A stretch of 64,000 nt of DNA, taken from contig OX597819.1 of NCBI GenBank assembly GCA_951406725.2, positions 51,832,001-51,896,000 on the forward strand, written 5' to 3'. This document shows positions 16,038 through 30,387 of the stretch, piece after piece (the first letter of the stretch is position 1; every line of letters starts with the position of its first letter). The position numbers were made by a program, and so were the translations under genes. This DNA comes from Octopus vulgaris (lineage: Eukaryota). The notes below the pieces were generated by a model, which saw only the letters and a program-made list of their open reading frames with translations, had not been told where the DNA came from and searched no databases.

Positions 16038-16690
16038 AAAGACCGCCTTCGGTCATGAATGACCATGGGATTGCACCTAGAAAGTTTCCCTCCGAGGCAA
16101 GGTTCTTTATGGAAGACCAGCAGTCACCCATGCATACCAACATCCCCGCTCCATGCTACCGATGTTACTCTTTTACTTGTTTCAGTCATTTGACTGCGGC
16201 CATGCTGGAGCACCACCTTTAGTCGAGCAAGTCGGACCCAGGACTTATTCTTTGTAAGCCTAGTACTTATTCTATCGGTGTCTTTCGCCGAAACGCTAAG
16301 TTACGGGGACGTAAACACACCAGCATCGGTTGTCAAGCGATGGTGGGTGGACAAACACTGACACACAAACATATACAAGCATACGAGGCTATATTAGAAG
16401 ACACTTGCTCAAGGTGCCATGCAGTGGGACTGAACCCGGAACTATGTGGTTGATAAGCAAGCTACTTACCACACAGCCACTCATGCGCCTATGTTATCGA
16501 AGAGAAAAGCAAAGGACTTTACAGCTTGGCACCAGTGACATCACAACTAATTTTTACAGCTGAGTGAACTGGAGCAATGTGAAATAAAATGTCTTGCTCG
16601 CGAACACAACACACACAGCCTATTCCAGAAATCAAACTCACTACCTCATGACTGTGAGCCGGGCGCATTAACCATTGAGCCATGAGCCTT
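16038..16690 (-). mobile_element. CORE-like SINE family C, interrupted by a SINE B
   Basis: Minus strand: A box TGGCTCAATGG, B-box-like GAGTTTGATTTC, then GAGCAAGACATTTTATTTCACATTGCTCCAGTTCACTCAGCTGTAAAAAT (CORE-like). Confidence 0.65.
16168..16490 (-). mobile_element. SINE family B, nested, with 6-bp TSD
   Basis: ATGTTA at 16162-16167 and 16491-16496; has an internal deletion. Confidence 0.9.
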
Positions 16691-17161
16691 CAGTGGAACG
16701 ACCTGCACAAATGATTTGTTTATAGTAATCGAATATATATATATATATGCTGTACATTCGCTCGCTATCTTCATCAAATCAACGTTGTCTGAACAGGTGT
16801 ACGGTGTGCCACGCGTAAGGTATCGAAGTGACCTCAAAGCAACGTGAAACGAAGTATTTTTGCTCAAGAACAAAACGCACCACTCGGTCTAGGAATTGAA
16901 ACCACGATCGCTAGATGCGCCTTCGTCTGGTATATTACTGTTAGCATTTTTTGTAATGCTGGATGCATGAATGGAAAAATGTACCCCGGTGAGATTGGAA
17001 CTCAAAACGCGAAAACGACGTAACCTTCAAATTATAAACCACTATGAGTTATTTCAGTCTGATTCTATACAACATCGCCTCTCTTTCTTTCTCTCTATCT
17101 GTCTCTCTCTACAATCTCTCTCTTTCTCGTTCTATAGTTACCTCTATATATCTCTCTCCTC

Positions 17162-17216
<55 letters not shown>

Positions 17217-18164
17217 CCACCTTCCAGCCTATTAATATTGATTTGTTACAACAGGTAGAAGGATTCAAATGTATATTATATTATATAGAAAATTAGCTGC
17301 TGTAATAATTTCCATGCTTTTCCGCGGCAACATTAATGGAGTAAAACGAAACAAAATGGCTACGAGTGGGAATTGAAACAGATCAAGGACTCACGCCAAA
17401 CGCTTACAACAAACTGCGTTAAAGATAAGATATCTTCTCAGACTTAATGGCAACTGTGTTATAATGAGATTAATGCCGGTGCTTATAGTTAATAGTCTAC
17501 GATGATCAAGAAAGACTTGTCCGCAGACTTAATAAATAGAAACTGCATTATTATTATTAATAGAAACGTTCTTAGAATTAAATAGTCCTCTGTGTTTACA
17601 GATAAAAATCTTCCCCCATGATTTTAAATATTATATAGGACAATTGAGAGATCTAAACATTTTCCGAAATTACATTTCAAGGAAAAATGTATGTGTGTGA
17701 TTTTGTTTGTGTGTGTATGTGTGTGTGTTTGTGTGTGTGTACGTGTATGTGTGTTTGCGTGAGCGAATTTATCGTTATCACTTGGGATTTTAATTTGCCA
17801 TCGTTATCATCATCATCATCGTCGGCGTCGTCACGTCCTCGTCGTTATCGTCGTCCTCCACGCCGTCGTCGTCATCATCATCATCATCATCATCACTATC
17901 ACCATCATTATCATCAGTACTTCAGCGCTGTCATTATCGCCATCGTTACCACAGTCACCACCACTTACAACACCACTACCACCACTTATAACCACAACAT
18001 AACTACCACAAGTATAATCATGCTTGCTATCAGCTATGTAGTCGCCAACTCTAATAGAAAAAAACCCAGCTAAATATCTAACATTTTACACTCCAGTTCA
18101 ATATTTAAGAGATGAGGAATTATTTACACTATTTACATTTGACGGATACTTAGTACCTATTTTT

Positions 18165-18824
18165 TACTAACTACAAGGAGCTAAACACAGAGGGGACAAA
18201 CAAGGACAGACAAACGAATTAAGTCGACTACATCGACCCCAGTGCATAACTGGTACTTAATTTATCGACCCCGAAAGGATGAAAGGCAAAGTCGACCTCG
18301 GCGGAATTTGAACTCAGAACGTAACGGCAGACGAAATACGGCTACGCATTTCGCCCGGCGGGCTAACGATTCTGCCAGCTATTTAGTACCAGTTGCAGAC
18401 TGGGTCGATCTAATGGACTGGCCCCCTCCCACAAAATTTCGGGCCTTGTGCCTAGAGTAGAAAAGAGTAATTTTAGCTTGAAAGGCGGCGAGTTGGCAGA
18501 AACGTTAGCACGCCGGGTGAAATGCTTAGGGGTATTTCGTCTGTCTTTACGTTCTGAGTTCAAATTTCACTGAGGTCGACTTTGCCTTTCACCCTTTCGA
18601 GGTCGATAAATTAAGTACTGAAAATCGAGATCGAGCGAGCTGTTGCCATTTTGCTCGACGTGTCGTTTCCGTACGGGGGTCGATCTAATCGACTGGCCCC
18701 CTCTCCAAAAATTTCTAGCCTTGAGCCTAGAGTAGAAAAGAATATCTACAAAATATTCGTTTGTATTTCAGAAACAGCAGCAGCAAAAGCAGCAGCAGCA
18801 AAAGCAGCAGCAGCAGCAGTAATC

Positions 18825-18861
<37 letters not shown>

Positions 18862-19025
18862 AAAACGAAGATCGGTTTTAAATTTTGGCACAGAGCAGGC
18901 AGTTTTTGAGCGGAGGGGTAATCGATTACATCAACCTCAGTACTTGACTGGTATTTATTTTATTGTTGCCGGTGAAAGGCAAAGTCGACCGCGGCAGAAT
19001 ATGAACTCAGAACGTAAAGACAAAA
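18165..19025. mobile_element. Cluster of SINE A copies and fragments on both strands
   Basis: - ~18165-18380, + tail ~18384-18466, + ~18482-18620, + tail ~18674-18742, - ~18875-19025. Confidence 0.8.
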
Positions 19026-19027
19026 GA

Positions 19028-19149
19028 AAGCTTGCTTCCCAACCACATAATTCCGGGTCCAGTTCCGCTGCACGGCACATCTGACAGACATTGTGAGTGG
19101 ATTTAGTAGACGGAAACAGAAATACGTTTGTAGTGTGTGTGTGTGTGTG

Positions 19150-19205
<56 letters not shown>

Positions 19206-19390
19206 CGCGCGCGTGTGTGTATGTCTCTCTACCCACCATCACTTAACAACCGGTGTTGGTGTGTTTATGTTTCTGTAGCCTAGCGATTCGGCAAAAGAGA
19301 ACCGATAGAATAAGTACCAGGCTTAAAATAAAAGTACTGGGGTCGTTTCACTCGACTAAAAATTTCAAGGTGGTGCCCCAGCATGGCCGC
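19028..19390 (+). mobile_element. SINE family B, tail interrupted by a mariner arm
   Basis: Head fragment, (GT)n, tail up to GCATGGCCGCAG; the remaining tail TAAAAGAATAAAAG resumes at 19638. Confidence 0.8.
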
Positions 19391-19637
19391 AGCAGGTATC
19401 GCCAAGCTTTTCGCAAAATTTGATGCAGATTCTATGTATTATGGTCAATGCGATGATTACACGCTACACACGTTCCTTCCAAGCACTGCTGTAAACAGCG
19501 GAAGTGAGCTAGAACGTTAAAACTTCGTACGCAAGAACAGCAGAGTTCAAGGTCAATCTGTGTCAAGTGACCTTCACTCTGCATGCTTTAGCTTCGTCAC
19601 CGTGGCAACCGTCCGGATACTTGTTGATCAGACCACG
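19391..19637 (-). mobile_element. Mariner 5' arm (TIR, 5' UTR, start of transposase)
   Basis: Reverse complement of 19917-20175; ends in CAGACCACG followed by TA. Confidence 0.8.
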
Positions 19638-19736
19638 TAAAAGAATAAAAGTATATACATTCTGTCTGGTGTGCTAACGATTCTGCCATTTTCGCCACCT
19701 TAAATTATGGAGTTCGATTCCAGGCAGTGACCTGAA

Positions 19737-19800
<64 letters not shown>

Positions 19801-19916
19801 TCGAAAAATACCTTGGGCAGAATGAAGGGTAAGGTAAAGAATGAAGGGTAAGGAAAGTCTCGGCGGAATTTGAACTTGGAAAGTAAAAAGCCGAAACAAA
19901 TATCGCAAAACATTTA

Positions 19917-20803
19917 CGTGGTCTGATCAATAAGTATCCGGACTGTTGGCACAGTAACGAAGCTAAGGCATCCATAGTGAAGGCCACTTGGCACAGATTG
20001 AACTTGAACTCTGCTGTTCTTGCGTACAAAGTTTTAACGTTCTAGCTCACTTCCGCTGTTTACAGCAGTGCATGGATGGAAGGTGTGTAGCCTGTGATCG
20101 TCGCATTGACCATGATACAGAAGGTTGGGCAGAGAATCTGCATCACATTATGTCAAAAGCTTGGCGGCACCTGCTCAGAGGCCTACGCAAAGTTTTCAAA
20201 AAGTTCTCACCGTTCCCGACACAATCAAAGTGATATTGCGTAACTGAAAACCGAATGTCTTTTTGGTCAGCTGAAAGCAATTTTGGCACAAACTTGACAG
20301 ACACATGTCTCATACCCAAATCTTCAGTGATAATGGATTGAACTGTAACTAATTTGCACATCCCCTGATAACTCACAGATGGTGATTCGACGGTATCCTC
20401 TCGCAGCTGCACGCACATCTGCTATGTTTTCCTCAGTTCTGCTGGTTGTGGGTCTCCCAGAACATTCGTCACTATCGATATTTTCGGTCATCTTGGAAAC
20501 GTCTGAACCACTCGTACACTTGTGTGCAGTTCACATACTCCTCTCCATACACTTTCTGCAACTTTGCGTCGGTCTCTGAGCAGGTATCACCATAACTTTC
20601 TCTGTCATGGTCAATGCGACGATCATATGCTACACATGTTCCTTCCAAGCACTGCTGTAAACAACAAAAGTGGGCTAGATCGTTGAAAACTTAGTGCGCA
20701 TGCACAGCAAAGTTTGTGGTGATTCTGTGCCAAACAGCTGTACTGTGTATGCTTTAGCTTCGTTACTATGGCAACAGTTCGGAAACTTATTGAACAGACC
20801 TCG
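19917..20803. mobile_element. Palindromic mariner derivative built from two inverted 5' arms
   Basis: TA-CGTGGTCTGATCAATAAGT ... ACTTATTGAACAGACCTCG-TA. + arm encodes MIQKVGQRICITLCQKLG; - arm encodes ...EDLGMRHVSVKFVPKLLSADQK...FLKT (mariner WVP-type motif). Confidence 0.85.
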
Positions 20804-21467
20804 TACTTAGAAAGTCTTACGCTTTCATGTATTTCCAATATACTTTGTAGTTAGTAGGTAGGTAGGTAGGTAGGTAGGTAGGTAGGTAGGTAGGTAGGTA
20901 TGTAGGTAGGTAGGTTGGTAGGCAGGTAGCTACGTAGCTAGGTAGGTATGTATGTATGTAGGTAGGTAGGTAGGGAGGTAGGTAGGTAGGTAGGTAGGTA
21001 GGGAGGTAGGGAGGTAGGGAGGTAGTCCGTCGGTGCCAGATGGCGGCGAAGTCTGTGTTCTCAGCGATGAGAGCGCATTTGACTCTGTAGTCAAAAGCTG
21101 GAAGCACACAATCGCCCACAGATGTCATAGCAATAGTCTGTTGACTGGGTTGAGGTGCATGCTGCTCTGTGACGTTTTTCTCTTTGCAACATGCAATTTC
21201 TTTCATGTATGTGTGTATGTGTGCGTGTGGGGGGGCGTGGGTGTGTTATGTGTGTGAGTTTGTGTGTATGGTGGCGTTCAGAGATAGCCGATTTAAATCG
21301 ATCCAAATATATGACTGGTACTTGATCTTTACTGACCTGCGATACAGAAAAAAAGCAACGAATATTTCGACATTTTAACTTAGAACGTGACCAGCCGGAA
21401 CTAAAACCTCAAGGCATTTTCTCCGATACACTAGTGATTCTTCTAATCCACAGCTCTGGAGATACAC

Positions 21468-21560
<93 letters not shown>

Positions 21561-21874
21561 TACATACATGCATGTATGTATGCATGTATGTAGGTATGTA
21601 TGTATAACAATGTGTAAGGTGCCCATATTTATCGCCAGCTGCTTCTCATATCTTCGCTGGAAATCAACCAGTTGGACGTGGTCCAGTATGGCCATCCCAA
21701 CAGCGCCCTATTATGCCACTTCTGCAACACTTGACCGGCTGACCGCCTGACAAGCAATTGTTGATCTTCAGGCTAATTCACAGCAACATGAAAATAGAAA
21801 CGAACTATACATAGACATATGAAGGCTTTGAGAAGATTTTATATAACTAGCTTCATATCTGCACATATATGTGC

Positions 21875-21916
<42 letters not shown>

Positions 21917-22002
21917 ATACATACATACATATATATATACACATATATATATGTATATATATGTGTGTATATATATGTGTGTATATATATACATATATAT
22001 AC

Positions 22003-22127
<125 letters not shown>

Positions 22128-22128
22128 C

Positions 22129-22180
<52 letters not shown>

Positions 22181-22426
22181 TATACATATACATATATAGA
22201 TAGATATGCATGTGTATACATATATATATTTGCATATACGATATTGTATGTATGTATGTATGTATGTATATATAATACGTGTGTATGCGTGTATATGTAT
22301 ATACTTCAGCACGTGTCTTGAATAAATTTCCAAGTGGCCCTTCGCATTAACTGTATTTACGTATTTATGAATGTATGCATGCACATATGTGTGTGCAAAT
22401 TTATATATATGTATATACATATACAT

Positions 22427-22495
<69 letters not shown>

Positions 22496-23185
22496 GAGAT
22501 AGAGAGAGAGTGAAATAAATACATAGAAACAGTACGTAGATGTGTGTGTATATATGTACACATACACAAACATAGTCATATATGCACACGCAAAGGCATT
22601 CACAATCATTGATACGTGTGGGGTGTATGTGTGTGTGAGTGTATGTGTATGATGTGCATGTGCACTAGTGTACGTGAGTGTATGTGAATTTGCTATATAG
22701 CAGAAATTTTACCTTTAGTCTCCTTCTCTTGGTGGTTAAATTTCCGCAATGCATGAATTACTTATAACTGCTACCAGCTTTTAGCACACGAAGAATTAAG
22801 TACCATTCACTTTTGTTTTAAACTACACATAATTCTCCACTCCCACGCTACCCGTACCACTGCCTACTCTCTGTCTTTCTTTCTCTCTCTCTCCCTCTCT
22901 CTTTCTGTCTATGCTTCTTTCTTACACTTTTAACATTTTTACTTATTTCATTTCATTATTAATTAATCAAATGATTTTTTCCTCCCAACTTCGCAAATAT
23001 ATTCTAAACTTCTCTAGTACTATTCACTGAAGATACACTTAATGTTGAAACTGTCTGTCTACAGATATAAAGATAACAGAACATATGTGTGTGTGTGTGT
23101 GTGTGTGTGTGTATACATATATTCATATATATGTGTGTGTATGCATATTTGTCTGCGTGTATATATATGTACACACACATATATA

Positions 23186-23563
23186 TTCTTTTACTTGTTT
23201 CAGCCAATTGACTGCGGCCATGCCGGAGCACCGCTTTTAGTCGATCAAATCGACCCCAGGGCTTATTCTTTGTAAGCCTAGTACTTATTCTATTGGTCTT
23301 TTCCATCGAGCCGCCAAGTTACGGGGACGCAAACACACCAGCATCGGTTGTCAAGTGATGTTGGGGGACAAACGCCGACACACAAACTTACAAGCATACG
23401 ACGGGCGTCTCTCAGCTTCCGTCTACCAAATCCACTTGCAAAGCTTTAGTTGGCCCGAGGCTATAGCAGAAGACACTTGCCCAAGGTTCCACGCAGTGGG
23501 ACTGAACCCAGAACCATGTTGTTGGTAAGCAAGCTATTTACCACACAGCCACTCCGGCGCCTA
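23186..23563 (-). mobile_element. SINE family B, full length
   Basis: Head GGCGCCGGAGTGGCTGTGTGG through tail CTGAAACAAGTAAAAGA; inserted in (TA)n. Confidence 0.9.
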
Positions 23564-23579
23564 TATATATATGCATATA

Positions 23580-23960
23580 TGAAAATACAAAAATGGGACG
23601 AGAATGCAAAACATCCAGACAGTTAGGTGATGCAAAAAAGGGACAATAAAACATCCAGACAGACGATACAAAGAAAACAAGGACGGGTCATTCGGAGTTT
23701 TCTATCCTCACTCGAGTTCCAGATTATCTTTACAATTTTGGCTGGTTATATACTCTAGGTTGCTCCAATCTGGCCAGCCCCAAAGAAAAACTAAGCTAAG
23801 AAAGCAGCGAATGTATGCGAAAACAAGGACGGGAAAAAAGGAGAATGTTACACAAATACAAATACAAATAACAGGACATAACAAAAGGTGTCTTTCGACT
23901 AAGGACTAATTAAATTAAGCTGGTGTCTGTGGAAGTAAAGCGGCAGTGACATAGGATTTG
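23580..23960. repeat. Interspersed repeat, homologous (inverted) to 32785-32945; possible PLE pseudo-LTR
   Basis: AAACATCCAGACAGACGATACAAAGAAAACAAGGACGGGTCATT...CGAGTTCCAGATTATCTTT shared with the reverse complement of 32785-32945. Confidence 0.6.
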
Positions 23961-24470
23961 ATAGGCACAATGAGGAATATAGATGTTGCACGTATGTATG
24001 TATGTATGTATGTATGTATGTATGTATGTATGTATGTATGTATGTATGTATGTATGTATGTATGTATGTGTGTATGTGTGTGTATATGTACATGTAAGCA
24101 TCGTATTTTGTTGAGCTGAAAAAACTTCACGAACTGTTAATTAGAGTTTCATGTATCATCAGACATTAGCGTGTATTTAACGTATTTAGAGTTCAGCTTT
24201 GCCTATGTTCATGATTACCGACGCATCAAATAAATATTTAAAGCCGTTTGAGCAATTACATTGGAACAAACAAACATATACGGATATGTGTGTGCGTGTG
24301 TGCGTACAAATACATAGGTATGTATACATAAGAGGAGACAGAGGAAGACGCGTTCTTCTACATTAGATACCTCGATACATCAGGCAGTGTTTATTATGTA
24401 CTTGTATACTTATATACTTCGTGTTTGTACGCATCTATACTTCTACGTATATATGATATATATATGTATA

Positions 24471-24550
<80 letters not shown>

Positions 24551-24579
24551 AATATATATATATATGTATATATATATAG

Positions 24580-24705
24580 TTTTCCATTTGTTTCTTTTGT
24601 TGTTCACTACAAAGTTCGTATTCCATGTTTTCATATTTTGTATTTCAAGTTGTTTAAGTTTTATGACGTCCTGTACCCATATATGCGCATATGTATATAC
24701 ATATT
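24580..24705. repeat. Interspersed repeat, homologous (inverted) to 33120-33290
   Basis: TGACGTCCTGTACCCATATATGC shared between the two sites. Confidence 0.6.
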
Positions 24706-24746
24706 TCTGTAAGTATGTACTAATATGTATCATGTATGAATGTATG

Positions 24747-24813
<67 letters not shown>

Positions 24814-24828
24814 TTATACACATACTTA

Positions 24829-25072
24829 TAGGGGTTCAAATGTAGGCATACAGTAAGTATCACATCAATATTACAATACTTAATTCATTATTAGCACATT
24901 AAATTAGTTAGCCCGTTTTGGTGTTTTCAGTGTCATTAATCATGATAATACATTCATCATAATGATGATAATACTTTTGTCGTAACTTTTAATGTTTTGG
25001 ATAAAAATAAATGAGTAGTGTACGTGTTTTCTTTTTTCATAACTGTATACTCACTTTTGCACCACCCTTTGT
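24829..25072. mobile_element. Possible degenerate Tc1/mariner MITE
   Basis: Imperfect TIRs GGGGTTCAAATGTAGGCATACAGT versus reverse complement GGGTGGTGCAAAAGTGAGTATACAGT, with TA flanks. Confidence 0.4.
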
Positions 25073-25077
25073 ATATA

Positions 25078-25125
<48 letters not shown>

Positions 25126-25286
25126 CATACATACTCACACATACACACACAAGTGCGTGCACACACACACACACGCACACACACACAATTGCACACTCAT
25201 ATATGAATGTTTTTATATTATAAGAAAATTTTTACATTAAACTGAAGAGTTATCAAATGTGTGCGTCCGTGGGATTAAGCAGTCAT

Positions 25287-26155
25287 CTAAATAATAATCC
25301 TGTTTTCTAGTAGATATTTGTGAATGTTCAAGCCATATTTTAATTTAGATTGTTCATACATCTGGACCTCCATGTATGCCATGACTAGATTGGTGTAAGG
25401 CAGAGCAACTTTTGTCACCATGGCAGTCCCAGATTTTTGTTTGTAAATATTGCAAAGGGAGTCAAAAAAGTTTTTTTCGAGGATAAGCTTTAATCCTTCA
25501 GTGATGAAACTCTTTTCAATTCTGTCTGGAATTTCACGAGGGAATTTTTCAAGCCAGAAATTTATTGCCTCTAGTTCATATTGGTATGAGATTGTGGTAT
25601 AGAGGTTTACCACATCAAAAAATATAATAGTGGTATCATTGTTTATGGATTTTGAGAGATGGTTTAACAGGTCCAGGTCGTCCCTTACAAAACTTGGTAT
25701 GTATTTTAAAATAAGTTTCAGCAATATATCTAAAACGTTGCTGGATCAGTGTGTTTCACAGTTCGGGCCTGCTACGATTGGTCTAAATTTAAGGTCGGTG
25801 GGATATTGTATGGCTATGCAACTTGAAATTGGTTCTTTACACGCTTCCTTAATAGTTTGATTCTTGTGGAAATTTTTAGAAGACCGAAGAAGTAGCTAGT
25901 CTTGCAGTTAAAATGAGTTAGGTAGTCACATTCTTTGTTTGTTAAACCTTTTTGATGTCTGTGAATGACTGTGTTCAGTTTAGTCATTGTCTTTGATTTT
26001 GGTAATTATTTACCTTTCCGTAGTGGATCATATCTTGTAATATAGATAGTATATCATTTTTGTAGTGTTCAACATCCCTAATAAGTTTAACACTTCACTT
26101 GTCTGTTTCCTTAATCATAAAGTTGTTCATGTATGATATCCCATTTCTTTCGACT
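25287..26155 (-). mobile_element. Penelope-like element reverse transcriptase fragment (pseudogene)
   Basis: IKETDK...FFGLLKI-HK...KFRPIVAGPNCET...FDVVNLYTTI...YKQKSGTAMVTKVALPYTNLVM are PLE RT motifs; stops and frameshifts are present. Confidence 0.85.
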
Positions 26156-26159
26156 GGTA

Positions 26160-26562
26160 ATGGGCTTCTTTCAGTTTTATTATTTCTTTATTGCCCACAA
26201 GGGGCTAAACACAGAGGGGACAAACAAGGACAGACAAAGGGATTAAGTCGATTACATCGACCCCAGTGCGTAACTGGTACTTAATTTATCGACCCCGAAA
26301 GGATGAAAGGCAAAGTTGACCTCGGCGGAATTTGAACTCAGAACGTAACGACAGACGAAATACCGCTAAGCATTTCGCTCGGCGTGCTAACGATTCTGCC
26401 AGCTCACCGCCTTCAGTTTCTGCCTTCCAAATCTACTTACAAGGGTTTGGTCGGCCCAAGCCTATAGTACAAGACACTTTCCCATGGTGTCACGCAGCGG
26501 GACTGAACCCGGAACCATGTGGTTGGAAAGCAAGCTTCTTACACAGCCACACTTGCGCCCAT
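26160..26562 (-). mobile_element. SINE B 5' half with nested SINE A (26178-26411)
   Basis: TSD TTCAGTTT at 26170-26177 and 26412-26419. Confidence 0.85.
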
Positions 26563-26744
26563 TATGCTCATGGAAACTTGAGAGTGATGTTAATAATGAC
26601 AGTAAGGCGGCGAACAGACAGAATCGTTACCGTACCGGCTAAGATACCCTGTGTGTGCGCGCGCGCCTGTGTGTGTGTATGTACCCGTGCGTGCGCGTTG
26701 CATGTGCGTGTGGTGTGAGCGTGTGCGTGTGTGTGTGCGTCTTT

Positions 26745-26955
26745 GTTTCCGCGTTTTAACCCCACCACCGCTTGACAACTGGTGATGGTGTGTTTACGTT
26801 CTCGTAACTTAACGGTCCGACAAAGGAGAACCAGTAGAACAAGTATCAGGTTAAAAGGAAAAAGTGAATGCTGAGCTCGATTCATTCAACTGAAAAATTT
26901 TCTAGACGGTGCCCCAGCATGGCCGCAGTTTAATGACTGAAACAAATAAAAAGAA
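26745..26955 (+). mobile_element. SINE B 3' half
   Basis: CCACCACCGCTTGACAAC...CCCCAGCATGGCCGCAGTTTAATGACTGAAAC. Confidence 0.8.
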
Positions 26956-27589
26956 AAAAATTATTAAAAAAAATATTAACACAGCGGCAACTTCCATGAT
27001 CGTTCAATCTGCTAGAATTAGCAGCTAAATCTTACTCGAATCATTCTTTGCTGACATAAAAAATGAAAGACATTTTGGGTAACACAGTTTGAATAAAATA
27101 CAGGATGTCTTGAACAAAAGACGGTTTTACTTTATCATTGCTGACCTGGGGGTCAAATAACATAACAACATTACCACAGCCTGCCACCCGACTCACCCAC
27201 CCCCACCCCTCCGCCACACACCCGCTCACAGATATATAACCATTTCCGATACCATCACCACCGACGCTTGGAAAAGCATGTAACGCATAGCAACTATCTT
27301 AACATGCAGGCAGACAAGCAGACAGGCAGACAGGCAGGCAGGCAGGCAGACACCAACGCCATCAGCGTGTGAAGATGTCCAATAATATATGAGATACATA
27401 ACATGTCTACAACCACAGCGATCGTTGAAGATAAGATCCATTTAATAGCGGAAACTTGCGAGATGGAGGCTGTCTACCAGCTTATCTCTCCATAAAAATG
27501 ATGAAACTATCGAAAGAATTATTTACTTATTATCACAGCCTGTTAGTATGTCTCTCCGACTGTCTACCCGTATACCTGTCCATTTTATT

Positions 27590-27645
<56 letters not shown>

Positions 27646-28112
27646 ATCTCTCACTCTGTCTCCTTTCTCTCCCCGCACACACACACTCTCTCTCCTCTTT
27701 CATTCTCTCACGGGTTTCTGTCTTTCTCTTTCTTGTACATTTACGTTCTTTTTGGTAATTCTTTGAATTCTTCTCACAAAGACTTTTCAAAACTAAGAAA
27801 CAAAGCTCCATTATTGGAATTTAGATAACGTCAACCAGTAATAAGTTACACGCTCAGTTTTAGAAAATGACTTTTATATTTTCATTGTTCCACTTACAGA
27901 TTAGATTTACAGACTACAAGTTCTGTGGTTTATTTCTTGGTCTGAAAACGACGGCTTTTCGAAGTCATTACTTTGACAATTTCAACTGTTCGCAGAATTC
28001 AAAGCACTGACAAAACTTTTGTGACTTCCTTTTGTATATATGCTCACTTGAAGCTATGTAAATTTGTTGGTATGTATGTATACATGCATGCACATGCACC
28101 ATTCACACATGC

Positions 28113-28165
<53 letters not shown>

Positions 28166-28455
28166 CATACATGCATACACATAAAGACAAGCCTACTATA
28201 TCATCCCTGACAGCTGTACCTGACATTTGTAGAAGCCACTAGGGTTAGTGGTTCTACCGTAAGTCTTCGAAACCTCGGAAATTCTGTGACAAAGAGCCTA
28301 CTAGAAGCATTTGTTTCGTTTGTTCTCTCTATTATATATCGCTCCATCATTTGACCCTCTGTGTGGGTGTGTGTGTGTGTGTTTGTGTGCACATTACATA
28401 TCGTAATGCTCAAGAGATTTGAACTTGAGCACTACGAAGTGTATTCTACACAAAG

Positions 28456-28568
<113 letters not shown>

Positions 28569-28629
28569 TATGTGTGTATCTTTTCATTAATGACAGAGGC
28601 GGAATATGAAACATACGAGAACGTTTATT

Positions 28630-28738
28630 GATCACTACAACTGTTTCGATCCATTTAGCATCGACTTCTCACGGGTGGGATACTGAACATCTAGTTTAGG
28701 TGTATCCATCAGTGTAGATGTGTCTCCTCAGGTGTTAA
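28630..28738 (-). ncRNA. Minimal type-I hammerhead ribozyme motif followed by AATAAA
   Basis: Minus strand: CAC-CTGAGGA-GA...~75 nt...TC-GAAA-CAGTT-GTA-GTG; AATAAA about 7 nt downstream (28629-28624). Confidence 0.55.
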
Positions 28739-29041
28739 GATGTATCTCGTTAAAATAACGTCTGTTCTGCACCATTTCTTCTAGGTATGTGTATACAAAA
28801 GCAGCAAATTAAGGGATGCAGTTTCATTATTATAGATCAATGACAAATATCAGATGCAAATGGAAACAAATGCACAATAGATAGATACATATATACATAC
28901 ATACATACATACATACATACATACATACATACATACATAGGCAGACAGACAAAGTGACAGACAGATAAATAATTAGATAGAAAGATAGATACATAGATAG
29001 ATAAATAGACAGACAGATAGCTAGCTAGCAAGCTAGCTAGC

Positions 29042-29134
<93 letters not shown>

Positions 29135-29542
29135 TACTCTATACAAGTATATCATATAGCGTAGTATTACACATTCCCACAAAAATGTAGCAGACGAAAA
29201 TATTTTCCATGAAGAAATGGTTCTTAACCTTCTTTTTCGTGAAGCGCCCCCCTTTTAAGTAGTTGTTATGCCTAACATCTTCTTAAGTGCCGAGTGAGGT
29301 ATCAACTCACTTAACACAGATGAATAATTTCTAAATTTTATTCTAAAAATGGATTGTAAACGCTTAATAGTGAAAGGATAAAAAATTCAGTAGACAAAAC
29401 TTGTAAATTTACTTTATGCGTTATAAACTAATGACTTTCTTGTACGTGATGAAATCTCGATAAATTTTCCTTACCTGGTCGAGCAAATCTGAAGAGTCTG
29501 CACATTTGTTCGATCTACTTAGATAGAATAGCACACTACTTA

Positions 29543-29745
29543 ACTCTTTTACTTGATTCAGTCATCTGACTGCGACCATGCTGGAGCACCGCTTTTAGTT
29601 GAGCAAATCGCCCCCGGGACTTATTCCTTGTAAGCCTAGTACTTATTCTATCGGTCTCTTTTGCCGAACCGCTAAGTTATGGGGGCGTAAACACACCAGC
29701 ATCGGTTGTCAAGCGATGTTGGGGGGGGGGGCAAACACAGAAGCA

Positions 29746-29811
<66 letters not shown>

Positions 29812-29976
29812 TACGACAGGCTTCTTTGAGTTTCCGTCAACCAAATCCACTCACAAGGCTTTGGTCGGCCTGAGGCTATAGTAGAAGACACTTGCCCAAG
29901 ATGCCACGCAGTGGGACTGAACCCGGAATCATGTGTTTGGTAAGCAAGCTACTTACACACAGCCACTCCTGTGCCT
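29543..29976 (-). mobile_element. SINE family B, full length
   Basis: Head, internal (TA)n and tail all present. Confidence 0.9.
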
Positions 29977-30387
29977 CATTTTATTTTAATAACCATTACT
30001 AGTTTTATCATTTACCAGCTGACCACGTTCTGTCAATAATGACGGCTAATTGCAGTATTTTATATATAAATAAGGTACAAAATAAAGTACATAATAATCA
30101 CGCGTACATTCACATACTTCCCTTGTACACGCACACACATACACACATATGCTCACACAGAATTGAAACGCTGATTTTTTTCACCCCTTCCATCCTTATT
30201 CATCTATCACCCTTTCCTTTCTTTCATTGCTATTACTTTTTCTCATTCCCTCTCAGTCAGGGCTATTACTCTCACTACTTCTCACGACAAAGAATTTCTC
30301 ATGAAGAGCTTAACATGTGCAAATTTTGATCCCAGGATGCTCAGCCACGAACATCCTCTTAGCCTATTTGATACCCATGTCCTTGAC

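Noticed and set aside
24125-24170. Minus-strand CTGATGA-TACAT-GAAA hammerhead-like core
   Set aside because: Helix II essentially absent; helices I and III do not pair convincingly.
24343-24388. Minus-strand CTGATGT...GAACGCGTC
   Set aside because: Two core defects and weak helix I; at best a very decayed hammerhead.
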